Source of the DNA: Desulfocapsa sulfexigens DSM 10523
GTDB lineage: Bacteria; Desulfobacterota; Desulfobulbia; Desulfobulbales; Desulfocapsaceae
NCBI RefSeq assembly: GCF_000341395.1
Contig: NC_020304.1
Location: 2,640,001-2,672,000, forward strand
Direction of reading: 5' to 3'
DNA: 32,000 nucleotides
Shown here: positions 24,051-32,000 of the stretch, piece after piece
Numbering within the stretch: position 1 is the stretch's first letter
Layout: every line of letters starts with the position of its first letter
Made by a program: the position numbers and the translations under genes
The notes under the pieces: generated by a model
What the model was told of the DNA's origin: nothing
Databases searched by the model: none
Seen by the model: only the letters and a program-made list of their open reading frames with translations

Positions 24051-25115
24051 TCAGAGCCAGTTTCTACGTTTAAAAAATCGGACCATGACTAGAGCAACAG
24101 CCAGCATTACACCCCAGAAGACGAAATAACTGTAGCGAAAATGCAGTTCCGGAAGGTATTCAAAGTTTGTTCCATAAATACCGGCAATAAAGGTGAGAGG
24201 GATAAAGATTGCCGAAAAAATGGTTAGGACTTTCATTATTTCATTCAGTTTGTTACCTATTCCGGTGTTGTAAATGTTCAAGTGGTCTGAAAGCATTTCC
24301 CGGTAAGTGTCAATAACCTCGACAGCCTGGCTGACGAGATCAAGAAGGTCTTTGAGAAAAGGGATGGTCTGTTCCTGGATAAGGTCTGACTCCAGTCTGC
24401 TCAGTTGCAGAATAAATTCTTTGGCAGGACGAATCGTTTTGCGGAGGTAGTTCATCTCACGCTTGTAGTTATTTATCCGCGTCAGGACATCCTTCGTTGG
24501 GTTGTCGAGGATTTCATCTTCAATGTCTTCAATCTGTTCACCCATCCGTTCAATAATAAAATTATAATTGTCGACTATGGTATCCAGCAGGGCATATGCA
24601 AGATAATCTATACCCACCTTGCGGATTCTCCCTTTCTGGTTCCTTATCCGTTTCCGAACCGGCTCGAAGACATCAGCCGGTTGTTCTTGAAAGGTGATTA
24701 AAAAGGTTTCTCCAAGGATCATGCTCAACTGTTCACTGTGGATTCTCCCTTCATCCTCGTCATAACGCATCATCTTGAGGACAAAATAAATATAATCATC
24801 GTAATCCTCCATTTTCGGGCGCTGGCCTGTATTGCTGATATCCTCAAGGACCAGGCTATGGAGTCCGAATCCCTGGCCAATGGCTTTGAGCAATTCCGTA
24901 TCATGGAGGCCGTATACGTTGAGCCAGGTGACTGTCGCCGTATCTTTATAAGGAATGCCGTCTTTGATATCGTTTAGAAATTTTTCATCCAGATGTTCCT
25001 GATCATAATCAAGAATCTGGATCCTCGATTCATCTATTTTCTGTTCCCCGATAAAAATCAGTTCACCAGGGGACTTGCCCATGGAGGCCTCTTTATTTTT
25101 TAAGAATCTTGCCAT
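24051..25115 (-). CDS. corA: CorA-family divalent cation transporter with a GTN variant of the GMN motif
   Basis: 354 aa with a cytoplasmic N-domain and two C-terminal TM segments. The motif is ...FIAGIYGTNFEYLPEL, with GTN encoded at 24165-24173. AGAGGG precedes the ATG at 25113-25115. Confidence 0.85.
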   Translation of the reverse strand: MARFLKNKEASMGKSPGELIFIGEQKIDESRIQILDYDQEHLDEKFLNDIKDGIPYKDTATVTWLNVYGLHDTELLKAIGQGFGLHSLVLEDISNTGQRPKMEDYDDYIYFVLKMMRYDEDEGRIHSEQLSMILGETFLITFQEQPADVFEPVRKRIRNQKGRIRKVGIDYLAYALLDTIVDNYNFIIERMGEQIEDIEDEILDNPTKDVLTRINNYKREMNYLRKTIRPAKEFILQLSRLESDLIQEQTIPFLKDLLDLVSQAVEVIDTYREMLSDHLNIYNTGIGNKLNEIMKVLTIFSAIFIPLTFIAGIYGTNFEYLPELHFRYSYFVFWGVMLAVALVMVRFFKRRNWL

Positions 25116-25169
25116 GCCACCCTCTTGTGTCTCCCGAGATATCTTCTGTCAGTGCTGGTCGCTATTACT

Positions 25170-25763
25170 TCAAACCAGATTTTTGTTAACGAATTCCCAA
25201 TTGATGAGGTTTTGAATAAAAACATCAAGATAGGTACCCCGCGCATTTTGGTAGTCCAGGTAATAGGCGTGCTCCCAGACATCAACCGTTAATAACGGTT
25301 TGATATTATGGGCTATGGGGGTGTCAGCATTTGCAGTTTTCATAATTGTCAGTTTGTTGTTTTTTATAACCAGCCACGCCCATCCACTTCCGAATTGTGT
25401 AAGAGCGCTATTTTTTAACTGCTCAACAAATGTGTCATACCCACCAAAGTCAGCAACTATTTTTTCAGCGATGGCTCCCATTGGCATCCCGCCACCCCCA
25501 GGTTTCATACAGTTCCAGTAAAATGTGTGGTTCCATACCTGTGCTGCATTGTTATAGATTGCGGTTTTACTCTCATCTTTTACTGTCTTTCTGATAATAT
25601 CCTCCAGGGTGTCTCCAGCCAAATCTGTGCCTTCTATGAGTTTGTTAAGATTGGCAACATAGGTACTATGGTGTTTTCCATGATGAAATTCCAGGGTTTG
25701 TGAGCTGATGTGTGGAGCCAGACCGTCTTTTTGATAAGGAAGATCAGGCAGCGTAATCGTCAT
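25170..25763 (-). CDS. sodB: Iron superoxide dismutase
   Basis: 197 aa with LPDLPY...LEFHHGKHH, AAQVWNHTFYW (Fe-type pattern), and DVWEHAYYLDYQN. Confidence 0.95.
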   Translation of the reverse strand: MTITLPDLPYQKDGLAPHISSQTLEFHHGKHHSTYVANLNKLIEGTDLAGDTLEDIIRKTVKDESKTAIYNNAAQVWNHTFYWNCMKPGGGGMPMGAIAEKIVADFGGYDTFVEQLKNSALTQFGSGWAWLVIKNNKLTIMKTANADTPIAHNIKPLLTVDVWEHAYYLDYQNARGTYLDVFIQNLINWEFVNKNLV

Positions 25764-26067
25764 GTTTGTTTCTCCTTGTGATTGAAGGGGGATGGGAGGA
25801 GTTTGTTGAAGAGGTACACTCCTGGATAACGTTCTTTAAACAGTAGACTTTTTAACAGGATACTTTATATTTAAAACGATTTCAATCTTCAGTGGCAACA
25901 GTAAGAAAACTCGTTATATCAAATCCATGCTCAGGAAGAGAATGAGTCCTGGAATGTATTACAAAGTAGATTGGAGGGGGCGAAAAAAATGATGAATTCC
26001 ATACCCACCCATTCCGGTTGGTTGGCAGTAACAAAATGACATAAAATACTGTAAACAAGGAAAGTAG

Positions 26068-27498
26068 ATGAAAATAATGCAGATATATACGGATATTTTT
26101 CTGAACTGGCAGGCTCTTCTTGATATCGTGTTGATAGCTGCCGGTCTGTTTTTCCTCCATCGAACATTTTTAAGGCTTGGTACCTGGAAAATCCTGATAG
26201 GGATACTGGCTGCATTTGTTTTGTTTATCCTCGCCAGTGTCCTGAATCTGGAGGGTATTGAATGGATTTTCAAGAATGTCAGTCATGTTGCCCTGCTTGG
26301 TGTGATAGTCATTTTCCAGCCAGAGATTCGAAAAATATTCGAGAAGATGGTTTCCATCGCTGTCGCTAAGAAAAATATCACTTCAAGCGATACTGATCAG
26401 ATAGTGGCTGACAGCCTCTGGGCCCTTGCAGCACAGAAACGGGGGGCGATAATCGTCTTTCCAGGGAAAGAACAGATCCAGGATAAAATATCCGGAGGCA
26501 ATGTCCTTAAAGCGCTTCCCAGTGTTTCGTTGATAAAAAGTATTTTTGATCCCAATTCTCCAGGGCATGATGGTGCTGTGATCATCGCTGACAACCTTCT
26601 GAGCCATTTCGGTGTGCGACTGCCCATGTCAAAGAGTTCCACTCTGTCTGAAGATTACGGGACTCGTCACCATGCGGCCATGGGGATGGTGGAAGAAACT
26701 GACTCTCTTGTACTTCTTGTCTCGGAAGAGCGGGGACATGTTTCTTCTTTTATGGATGGGGAAATGACCCGCTTAAATTCTCCGGAAGAGATTATTCAGG
26801 TGATAGAAAAACATTTTACCAGGATTGGTGTCACCCCTTTTGCACAGGCAGTTTCCCTAAGCCCGAGAACCGTGCTGCAGGTTATGTGCAGTCTGCTCGT
26901 CGCTATTATCTTCTGGTCTACAGTGATCCTGGGTCAGAAACAACTGGTTGAGCGAACCCTCACTGTTCCTATTGAATATACCTCTCCCGGCGAAGGGTTG
27001 GTTCTTGTAGGAACCAAGGTGTACGAGCTCGTTATTCACGCAGCTGGACCCAAGTCAGCTATGAACGATTTTGCTCTCTCAGCCCCCAATGCCCTGATTA
27101 ACTTGTCCAAGATGGCGGAAGGTACTCAAAGAGTTCCTGTGACAGGTGACAATATAGAATATCCCAGTGAGATAACACTACTTGATATCTCACCCGCAGA
27201 GCTTGAATTGACTCTGGCAGGTATTGTTAAGAAAACCGTACCAATAACTCCACAGTTTATTGGTCAATTGCCAAGTGGCTTAAAAATAAAGAAAATTCAA
27301 GTATCCCCCGCAGAGATCCAGGTATTTACACCACCGAGTCAGCAGGAAAATAAGACTCTCGCTGTTTCAACCACCCCGATATATCTCAGTTCTATTTCCA
27401 GTGATAGTAAAATTCTCTGTAAAATAATTGCCCCGCCTTCGTTTCAACCAGTCGAGAAAAGATGGCCGGATGTTGAAGTTCTTATAACTTTCGAATGA
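26068..27498 (+). CDS. cdaA: Diadenylate cyclase CdaA (3 TM + DAC domain) fused to a TM segment and YbbR-like (CdaR-type) repeats
   Basis: The N-terminal 3 TM segments and DAC domain carry HDGAVII and GTRHHAAMG; the canonical motif is RHR, and here RHH is encoded at 26665-26673. From about residue 268 there is a TM segment (VLQVMCSLLVAIIFWSTVILG) and YbbR-like repeats (LTVPIEYTSPGEGLVLVG..., ISPAELELTLAG..., VSPAEIQVF). AAGGAAAG precedes the ATG. Confidence 0.82.
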   Translation: MKIMQIYTDIFLNWQALLDIVLIAAGLFFLHRTFLRLGTWKILIGILAAFVLFILASVLNLEGIEWIFKNVSHVALLGVIVIFQPEIRKIFEKMVSIAVAKKNITSSDTDQIVADSLWALAAQKRGAIIVFPGKEQIQDKISGGNVLKALPSVSLIKSIFDPNSPGHDGAVIIADNLLSHFGVRLPMSKSSTLSEDYGTRHHAAMGMVEETDSLVLLVSEERGHVSSFMDGEMTRLNSPEEIIQVIEKHFTRIGVTPFAQAVSLSPRTVLQVMCSLLVAIIFWSTVILGQKQLVERTLTVPIEYTSPGEGLVLVGTKVYELVIHAAGPKSAMNDFALSAPNALINLSKMAEGTQRVPVTGDNIEYPSEITLLDISPAELELTLAGIVKKTVPITPQFIGQLPSGLKIKKIQVSPAEIQVFTPPSQQENKTLAVSTTPIYLSSISSDSKILCKIIAPPSFQPVEKRWPDVEVLITFE

Positions 27499-27563
27499 TT
27501 CTTAACAGTGAGCAGTGCAACTACTCCTGATGTTTGTTACTAGAAAACTACCTTAAGGTTATT

Positions 27564-28877
27564 ATGCAGGATATACAGCAGGTTATGGTGTTTGTGGAAC
27601 GTCTTGTGGCCCAGGATATCGGCAAGGCTGTAAAAATCCTTGAAGAAACACCTAGAAAAGATGCGGCCGCAATTTTGGCAAACATGTCACCTGAAAGTGT
27701 GGCGCAGATAATCCGCAGACTACAGACCAGTTTTTCTGCAACCCTCCTTGAAGAGCGGAATGTGGAGTCAGCGGCATCCATCCTCACCTCCCTTCCACCT
27801 AATCAGGCGGCGTCTATCGTCATGCATCTTTCTACACAATCCCGGGATCGCCTGCTGCCCCATATCTCCGGTACACTTTTAGAAAAAATAAGGGATTTGT
27901 ATACCTATCCGGAAGGGAGCGTGGGGAGGTATATGTCAACGGATTATCTTACTTTCCTGAAACATGAAGAAGCTGGAGATGTGATAGAAAAAATAAGGGC
28001 GCTTGCCAGTAAAAAGACCTTTCCAGCATCGTATGCCTATGTTGTCGATGATGATGGGATTCTGCAGGGTGTGTTGAATATGCGTGATCTCATGCTTGCA
28101 AGACCAGAGCAGCCTCTTAGTTCTTTTATGATTGCAAATGTTTACACACTTCATTGTTTTCTCGACAGGAGTGAGGCGACCAGGGAGATGGCTAAGCGCA
28201 AATATTTTGCAGCACCTATAGTAGATAATGAAAACAGAATTCTTGGGGTTATCAAAGCTGAAAATTTACTAACCGGCCTCAAGGAGGATGTTACTGCCGA
28301 CCTCTTGAAAATGGTTGGTGCTGGCGGCGATGAGAAAACATTCTCCCCGATCAGTTTTGCCTTGAAAAAGAGACTGCTCTGGCTAAATGTAAACCTGGTC
28401 ACTGCTTTTCTTGCAGCGGCTGTGGTTGCAATGTTTGAGGGTATTATTGCGAAGATAACAATTCTGGCGATATTCCTGCCGGTTATTGCCGGGCAGGGTG
28501 GAAATGCCGGGGCACAATCTCTTGCTGTTGTGATGCGTGGGCTTGTGATGCGTGAAATTCCGGCAAAGAGAGTACGGGAACTCATATGGAAAGAAACACG
28601 TTTGGGAGCAATTAATGGCGTTGCTATTGGAATAGTGACGGCCCTTATTGCCTGGCTATGGCATGGTAACCCATGGTTAGGGCTCGTTATCGGCCTTGGT
28701 ATGATTTTAAATCTGGCCATTGCGGGCCTTGCAGGGAGTTCAATTCCTATCTTGATGAAAAAGATGGGTATTGATCCAGCACAAAGCTCTAGTATCATAT
28801 TGACTACTGTAACCGACGTTATGGGTTTTCTGGCTTTTCTTGGACTTGCTGTGATTTTTCAAGATTATCTTATCTAA
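27564..28877 (+). CDS. mgtE: Magnesium transporter MgtE (MgtE_N, CBS pair, TM domain)
   Basis: The order is an MgtE_N region (AAAILANMSPESVAQIIRRL), a CBS pair, then a TM domain with GQGGNAGAQS. I chose the ATG at 27564, which has AAGG 6 nt upstream. The track ORF begins at TTG 27534. Confidence 0.9.
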   Translation: MQDIQQVMVFVERLVAQDIGKAVKILEETPRKDAAAILANMSPESVAQIIRRLQTSFSATLLEERNVESAASILTSLPPNQAASIVMHLSTQSRDRLLPHISGTLLEKIRDLYTYPEGSVGRYMSTDYLTFLKHEEAGDVIEKIRALASKKTFPASYAYVVDDDGILQGVLNMRDLMLARPEQPLSSFMIANVYTLHCFLDRSEATREMAKRKYFAAPIVDNENRILGVIKAENLLTGLKEDVTADLLKMVGAGGDEKTFSPISFALKKRLLWLNVNLVTAFLAAAVVAMFEGIIAKITILAIFLPVIAGQGGNAGAQSLAVVMRGLVMREIPAKRVRELIWKETRLGAINGVAIGIVTALIAWLWHGNPWLGLVIGLGMILNLAIAGLAGSSIPILMKKMGIDPAQSSSIILTTVTDVMGFLAFLGLAVIFQDYLI

Positions 28878-28958
28878 GAACAGATAAGAATAGGATGTAA
28901 ACCAGACTCGTACGGTTGATGAACTGAGCTGATGGCTGTGGTGGTTTGTAATGAGAAT

Positions 28959-28994
28959 CTCCTTTGGGGCGCATTTCTTTGTGTCCCAAAGGAG
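28959..28994. terminator. 10-bp stem hairpin between mgtE and the tRNA-Arg 3' end (possible bidirectional terminator)
   Basis: CTCCTTTGGG (28959-28968) and CCCAAAGGAG (28985-28994) flank a 16-nt loop. Neither strand has a clear U-tract. Confidence 0.3.
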
Positions 28995-29004
28995 AATCGC
29001 TGTA

Positions 29005-29081
29005 TGGTACACCCAGTAGGATTCGAACCTACGACTCCCGGATTCGAAGTCCGGTGCTCTATCCAGCTGAGCTATGGGTGC
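29005..29081 (-). tRNA. tRNA-Arg (anticodon UCG), CCA encoded
   Basis: The reverse complement is GCACCCA TA GCTC AGCTGGATA GAGC A CCGGA CTTCGAA TCCGG GAGTC GTAGG TTCGAAT CCTAC TGGGTGT ACCA. This is a 77-nt cloverleaf with the anticodon loop CU-UCG-AA and a G1-U72 wobble. Confidence 0.93.
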
Positions 29082-29254
29082 TTTTTATATGCTGCTTCAG
29101 ACAATATATATTTATTCCACTACAAGTGTCGGCATGTATCTGCTGTTACCGATGGTTGTGAGCGAAAAAAAACTGCAAGCATCCTAGGCAACTTGAACAG
29201 ATGATATGCAGTTATTGGGAAACAAATAATCTACTCTGCTAATCTTGTCAATTC

Positions 29255-31036
29255 CTACCCGCCACAGGTGATTCGAATTGTCTCCGCTTTTTCGGCAATT
29301 CCTTTCTTTAATACTTCATGGTTATATGCGGCAATCACATCACGGCGTTTCAGCATTCCCACAACCCACTTGTTTTCCAGATCTTCCACAACCGGAATTT
29401 CTTCAATTCCCTTCACATCGAAGAGCTGCATTGCCGTATAGAGGGAGTCATCGGGGGTCAACATAATAACGTCTCTGCTGCAGATCCCGCCTACCAGATA
29501 ACAGACCCGTTCTGCTTTTGCCCTGTGCAGTATGTTTTTCACGTCCTGCATGGAGATAATACCGGTCATTCGGCCTGAGTCATCAACAACGGGAAAGTAA
29601 AAGCTGCTTTTTGCCATTCTGAATATTTCAAGGAGATGATTGATATTGGCTCGTTCTGAAATAAAATCGACATCTTCGGTGATGGCCTTACCAACGCGGA
29701 CGGACTTCATAATGGCGGCTTCACGACCCTCATGGATATTGATCCCTTCACGGGTAAAGTCAACGGTGTCGATGGAGTCGGAATTGAATTTTTTGGAAAC
29801 CACCACACCAATAATGGAGGTCAGCATTATGGGGATAATAATAAGATAATTGCCGGTCATTTCAAAAAGAAGGAAGATCGCGGTCATGGGTGCATGCGTT
29901 GAAGCTGCCAGAAAAGCACCAATACCAACCGTAGCGTATGCTCCGGGGTCTGCAGTGAAAGAGGGGAATACCATATTGGCAATATGTCCAAAACAGCCTC
30001 CAATCATGGCCCCAATAAAGAGGGCAGGGGCAAAAACTCCACCGGCTCCACCTGATCCAAGGGTTATGGATGTTGCAAAAATCTTCATAAAAATGAGAAT
30101 AAAGAGAAGCAAAATAGCTCCCTCACCATTGAGGACTCTTTCTATGAAACTGTATCCATCTCCCATTATCTCGGGATAGGCCATCGCCATGCAGCCAATG
30201 AGAAAGGCACCAGTTATTGGTTTCAGCTGCGGGTGTAGAGGCAATGCCTCGTATTTGTCTCTTACCCAGTAAAAGACACGGATATAGAAGACCGCAATCA
30301 GTCCGATGATGATTGCCAGAAGAATGTAGAGTGGCAACTCCACGAAGGGGTTAACCATAACATAGTGTGGAATCGGGAAAGCGGGTATTTCACCGTAATA
30401 TGCTCGTGTGACAACGGTAGAAAGAGCAGAAGCGATGACAAGAGCGGAAAAGGAGGAAATTTCAAAGGTGCCGAGGAGTACAATTTCCGAAGCAAAAAAT
30501 ATACCGGCTATGGGGGCATTAAACATCCCTGCTATCCCACCTGCAGCGCCAGCTGCAATATATACTTTCATCCTGCTGCCGGATACTCTGAAAAACTGTC
30601 CAACCTGAGATCCTGCTGCGCCACCAATCGCGGCGATTGGACCTTCAACACCGGCGGAATTCCCGGTACCGATGGTAAGGGCAGTGGTGATAATCTTGAG
30701 TGCTATGGTTCTTGCCTTGATATATCCGCCCTCAAGATTGACTTTGCGGAGAAATTTCGTAAATCCGTAGCCGTTGACTTCTCCTGGAAAAAGAAGTGAA
30801 AGGGGAATCAAAAGAACCATGCCGGCCATGGGAATGAGGGGGAGTAACAGGAGGTGCCAGCCGCCCTGGTCAATGTTGAGCAGATCTTTTCCGCCAACCA
30901 TGAATATTTCATCCACCCAATGAACAATAGTCCGAAAAACGATATTGCAGAGACCGGCCAGAAGACCAATCACGGAGGCAATAATCATCATGCCGGTATT
31001 TTCGCCGGGCATGAACTTTCGGAGGTTATATTTCAT
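29255..31036 (-). CDS. ClC-family voltage-gated chloride channel/antiporter with a C-terminal CBS pair
   Basis: 593 aa with ClC selectivity-filter-like motifs GNSAGVEGP, GMFNAPIAG and GGVFAPALFIG. The C-terminus holds two CBS repeats. The start overlaps the upstream gene's stop (ATGA). Confidence 0.9.
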   Translation of the reverse strand: MKYNLRKFMPGENTGMMIIASVIGLLAGLCNIVFRTIVHWVDEIFMVGGKDLLNIDQGGWHLLLLPLIPMAGMVLLIPLSLLFPGEVNGYGFTKFLRKVNLEGGYIKARTIALKIITTALTIGTGNSAGVEGPIAAIGGAAGSQVGQFFRVSGSRMKVYIAAGAAGGIAGMFNAPIAGIFFASEIVLLGTFEISSFSALVIASALSTVVTRAYYGEIPAFPIPHYVMVNPFVELPLYILLAIIIGLIAVFYIRVFYWVRDKYEALPLHPQLKPITGAFLIGCMAMAYPEIMGDGYSFIERVLNGEGAILLLFILIFMKIFATSITLGSGGAGGVFAPALFIGAMIGGCFGHIANMVFPSFTADPGAYATVGIGAFLAASTHAPMTAIFLLFEMTGNYLIIIPIMLTSIIGVVVSKKFNSDSIDTVDFTREGINIHEGREAAIMKSVRVGKAITEDVDFISERANINHLLEIFRMAKSSFYFPVVDDSGRMTGIISMQDVKNILHRAKAERVCYLVGGICSRDVIMLTPDDSLYTAMQLFDVKGIEEIPVVEDLENKWVVGMLKRRDVIAAYNHEVLKKGIAEKAETIRITCGG

Positions 31037-32000
31037 TGTTTTCTTGGTACCTTACAGCCGACGTTTGCAGCCTGTTTAAGGAAGAAATCATCTGTCATTC
31101 CTGCTATATAGTCACAAACCATGGCGGCAGGTGTGTGTGATTCAAGATAGGACGCATCCATGTCGGTCATGATATCTACGGGTTTTGTTGTCTGCCCGCT
31201 TTCCAGTTGCGTGAGATAGTGAGTAAAGAGTGCTTCGTAACAGTTTTGAATAAGGGGAAGATTTGTCTTGGTTTTGGGGTGAAGATAGATGTTTTTGTAA
31301 TTGAATGTTTTCAGTTCCTGGAGAAATTCGGAGATTTCCTGAGAAAACCCGATATGTCCATTTCTGCTGTCACCACTGGATGGAAGGACACTGTTACGGA
31401 TAAGGTCTGTGACCAGGGTATAAACGATTTCTCCGTTGGTACGGCCAAGTTGTGTGCGGCAGGATTCCGGGATATCTTCGCGTCGTATGAGCTTCAGTAG
31501 AATGGCGTCTTCGATGTCTCTTCCGATATAAGCCACGGTGTCAGCCATGCGGACGACACACCCTTCAAAGGTCATGGGAGCGAGTTTGTAACCTGGATTT
31601 TCTTTTTTCTTTTCAAGCTCCCTGTCAAACGAGGCAAAGTTTTTAACGGTGCCCGGGCTTATTCTGTTGGCGTGGACCTCACCATCATGACAGAGGATAC
31701 CGTCGAGGGTCTGCAGACTGAGATTCCAGCCCCGTCCTTTGCGTTCCAGGTGGTTCAAAAAACGAACCGACTGAATATTATGCTGAAAGGGGGGCAGGTC
31801 GTGTTTCCTGCAGAGATCTGCGAGAAAGTTTTCTCCGTCGTGTCCAAATGGGGCATGGCCTATGTCGTGGCCAAGGGCTATAGCTTCAATGAGATCTTCG
31901 TTAAGTTTAAGAAAGCGACCTATCGTTCTGGCAATTCGTGATACCAGCTGGACGTGGAGAACCCGATGAGTAATATGGTCATTGGAGACCATGCAAAATA
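31033..32000 (-). CDS. dGTPase-like HD-domain phosphohydrolase (dGTP triphosphohydrolase family); N-terminus probably outside the window
   Basis: ITHRVLHVQLVSRIA...HDIGHAPFGHDGE is the dGTPase-family HD motif. The frame is still open upstream of the ATG at 31992 to the window end. Confidence 0.85.
   Translation of the reverse strand, partial: FCMVSNDHITHRVLHVQLVSRIARTIGRFLKLNEDLIEAIALGHDIGHAPFGHDGENFLADLCRKHDLPPFQHNIQSVRFLNHLERKGRGWNLSLQTLDGILCHDGEVHANRISPGTVKNFASFDRELEKKKENPGYKLAPMTFEGCVVRMADTVAYIGRDIEDAILLKLIRREDIPESCRTQLGRTNGEIVYTLVTDLIRNSVLPSSGDSRNGHIGFSQEISEFLQELKTFNYKNIYLHPKTKTNLPLIQNCYEALFTHYLTQLESGQTTKPVDIMTDMDASYLESHTPAAMVCDYIAGMTDDFFLKQAANVGCKVPRKQ

Noticed and set aside
28151-28798. 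Long antisense ORFs inside well-supported genes, for example 28151..28798 (-, 215 aa, in mgtE), 14513..14980 (-), 549..1040 (+, in msbA), 8323..8748 (-), 29850..30179 (+) and 30365..30799 (+).
   Set aside because: Each fully overlaps a gene with strong family motifs on the other strand. They have biased, low-complexity composition (R/S/P/A-rich) with no recognisable domains or SD sequences.
16453-29081. The idea that the 12.5 kb between the tRNA-Arg fragment and the intact tRNA-Arg is a tRNA-integrated genomic island bounded by direct repeats.
   Set aside because: The repeated part is the 5' portion of the tRNA, whereas island att repeats duplicate the 3' portion. The interval holds ordinary-GC housekeeping-type genes (sodB, corA, mgtE, cdaA, sulP) and no integrase or mobility genes.
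1-32000. A search for CRISPR arrays, rRNA genes, prophage, toxin-antitoxin or known defence-system gene sets.
   Set aside because: There are no regularly spaced short direct repeats, no rRNA-like sequence, and no nuclease, helicase, methylase, integrase or transposase ORFs anywhere in the window.

Overview
This is a 32-kb chromosomal window, mostly minus-strand genes. Gene content looks like an anaerobic Desulfobacterota (deltaproteobacterial) genome: a triheme cytochrome c7, a Sec-encoding redoxin gene, MetF fused to a MetV-like Cys-rich domain, and sigma-54 regulators. A Desulfotalea/Desulfobulbaceae relative is my guess only. In order, the window holds: an LPS core/export cluster (msbA, kdsB, waaA) preceded by an NtrC-type two-component pair; an MTHFR; an AmgK-like sugar kinase; a periplasmic binding protein plus orphan histidine kinase, divergent from a TonB-dependent receptor; a low-GC scar region (SPASM-only radical-SAM remnant, orphan 307-aa protein, 5' fragment of a tRNA-Arg); and a long run of ion-homeostasis and stress genes (SLC12-type cation-chloride cotransporter, SulP, ABC-2 exporter, CorA-like, Fe-SOD, CdaA-YbbR c-di-AMP cyclase, MgtE, tRNA-Arg(UCG), ClC-CBS channel, dGTPase-like HD protein). 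I call 23 CDS, 1 tRNA and 2 pseudogene fragments. I found no CRISPR array and no recognisable multi-gene defence or phage island. Four signals are not explained by the ORF track. (1) Two inverted copies of a 165/185-bp MITE-like element with 11-bp terminal inverted repeats, perfect 8-bp target-site duplications and a conserved long-hairpin core. (2) A hidden selenoprotein gene with an in-frame TGA, which the ORF track truncates to 100 aa. (3) CdaA fused to a YbbR/CdaR-type domain, with an RHR->RHH motif change, directly upstream of mgtE. (4) A CorA-family protein with GTN instead of the GMN signature.
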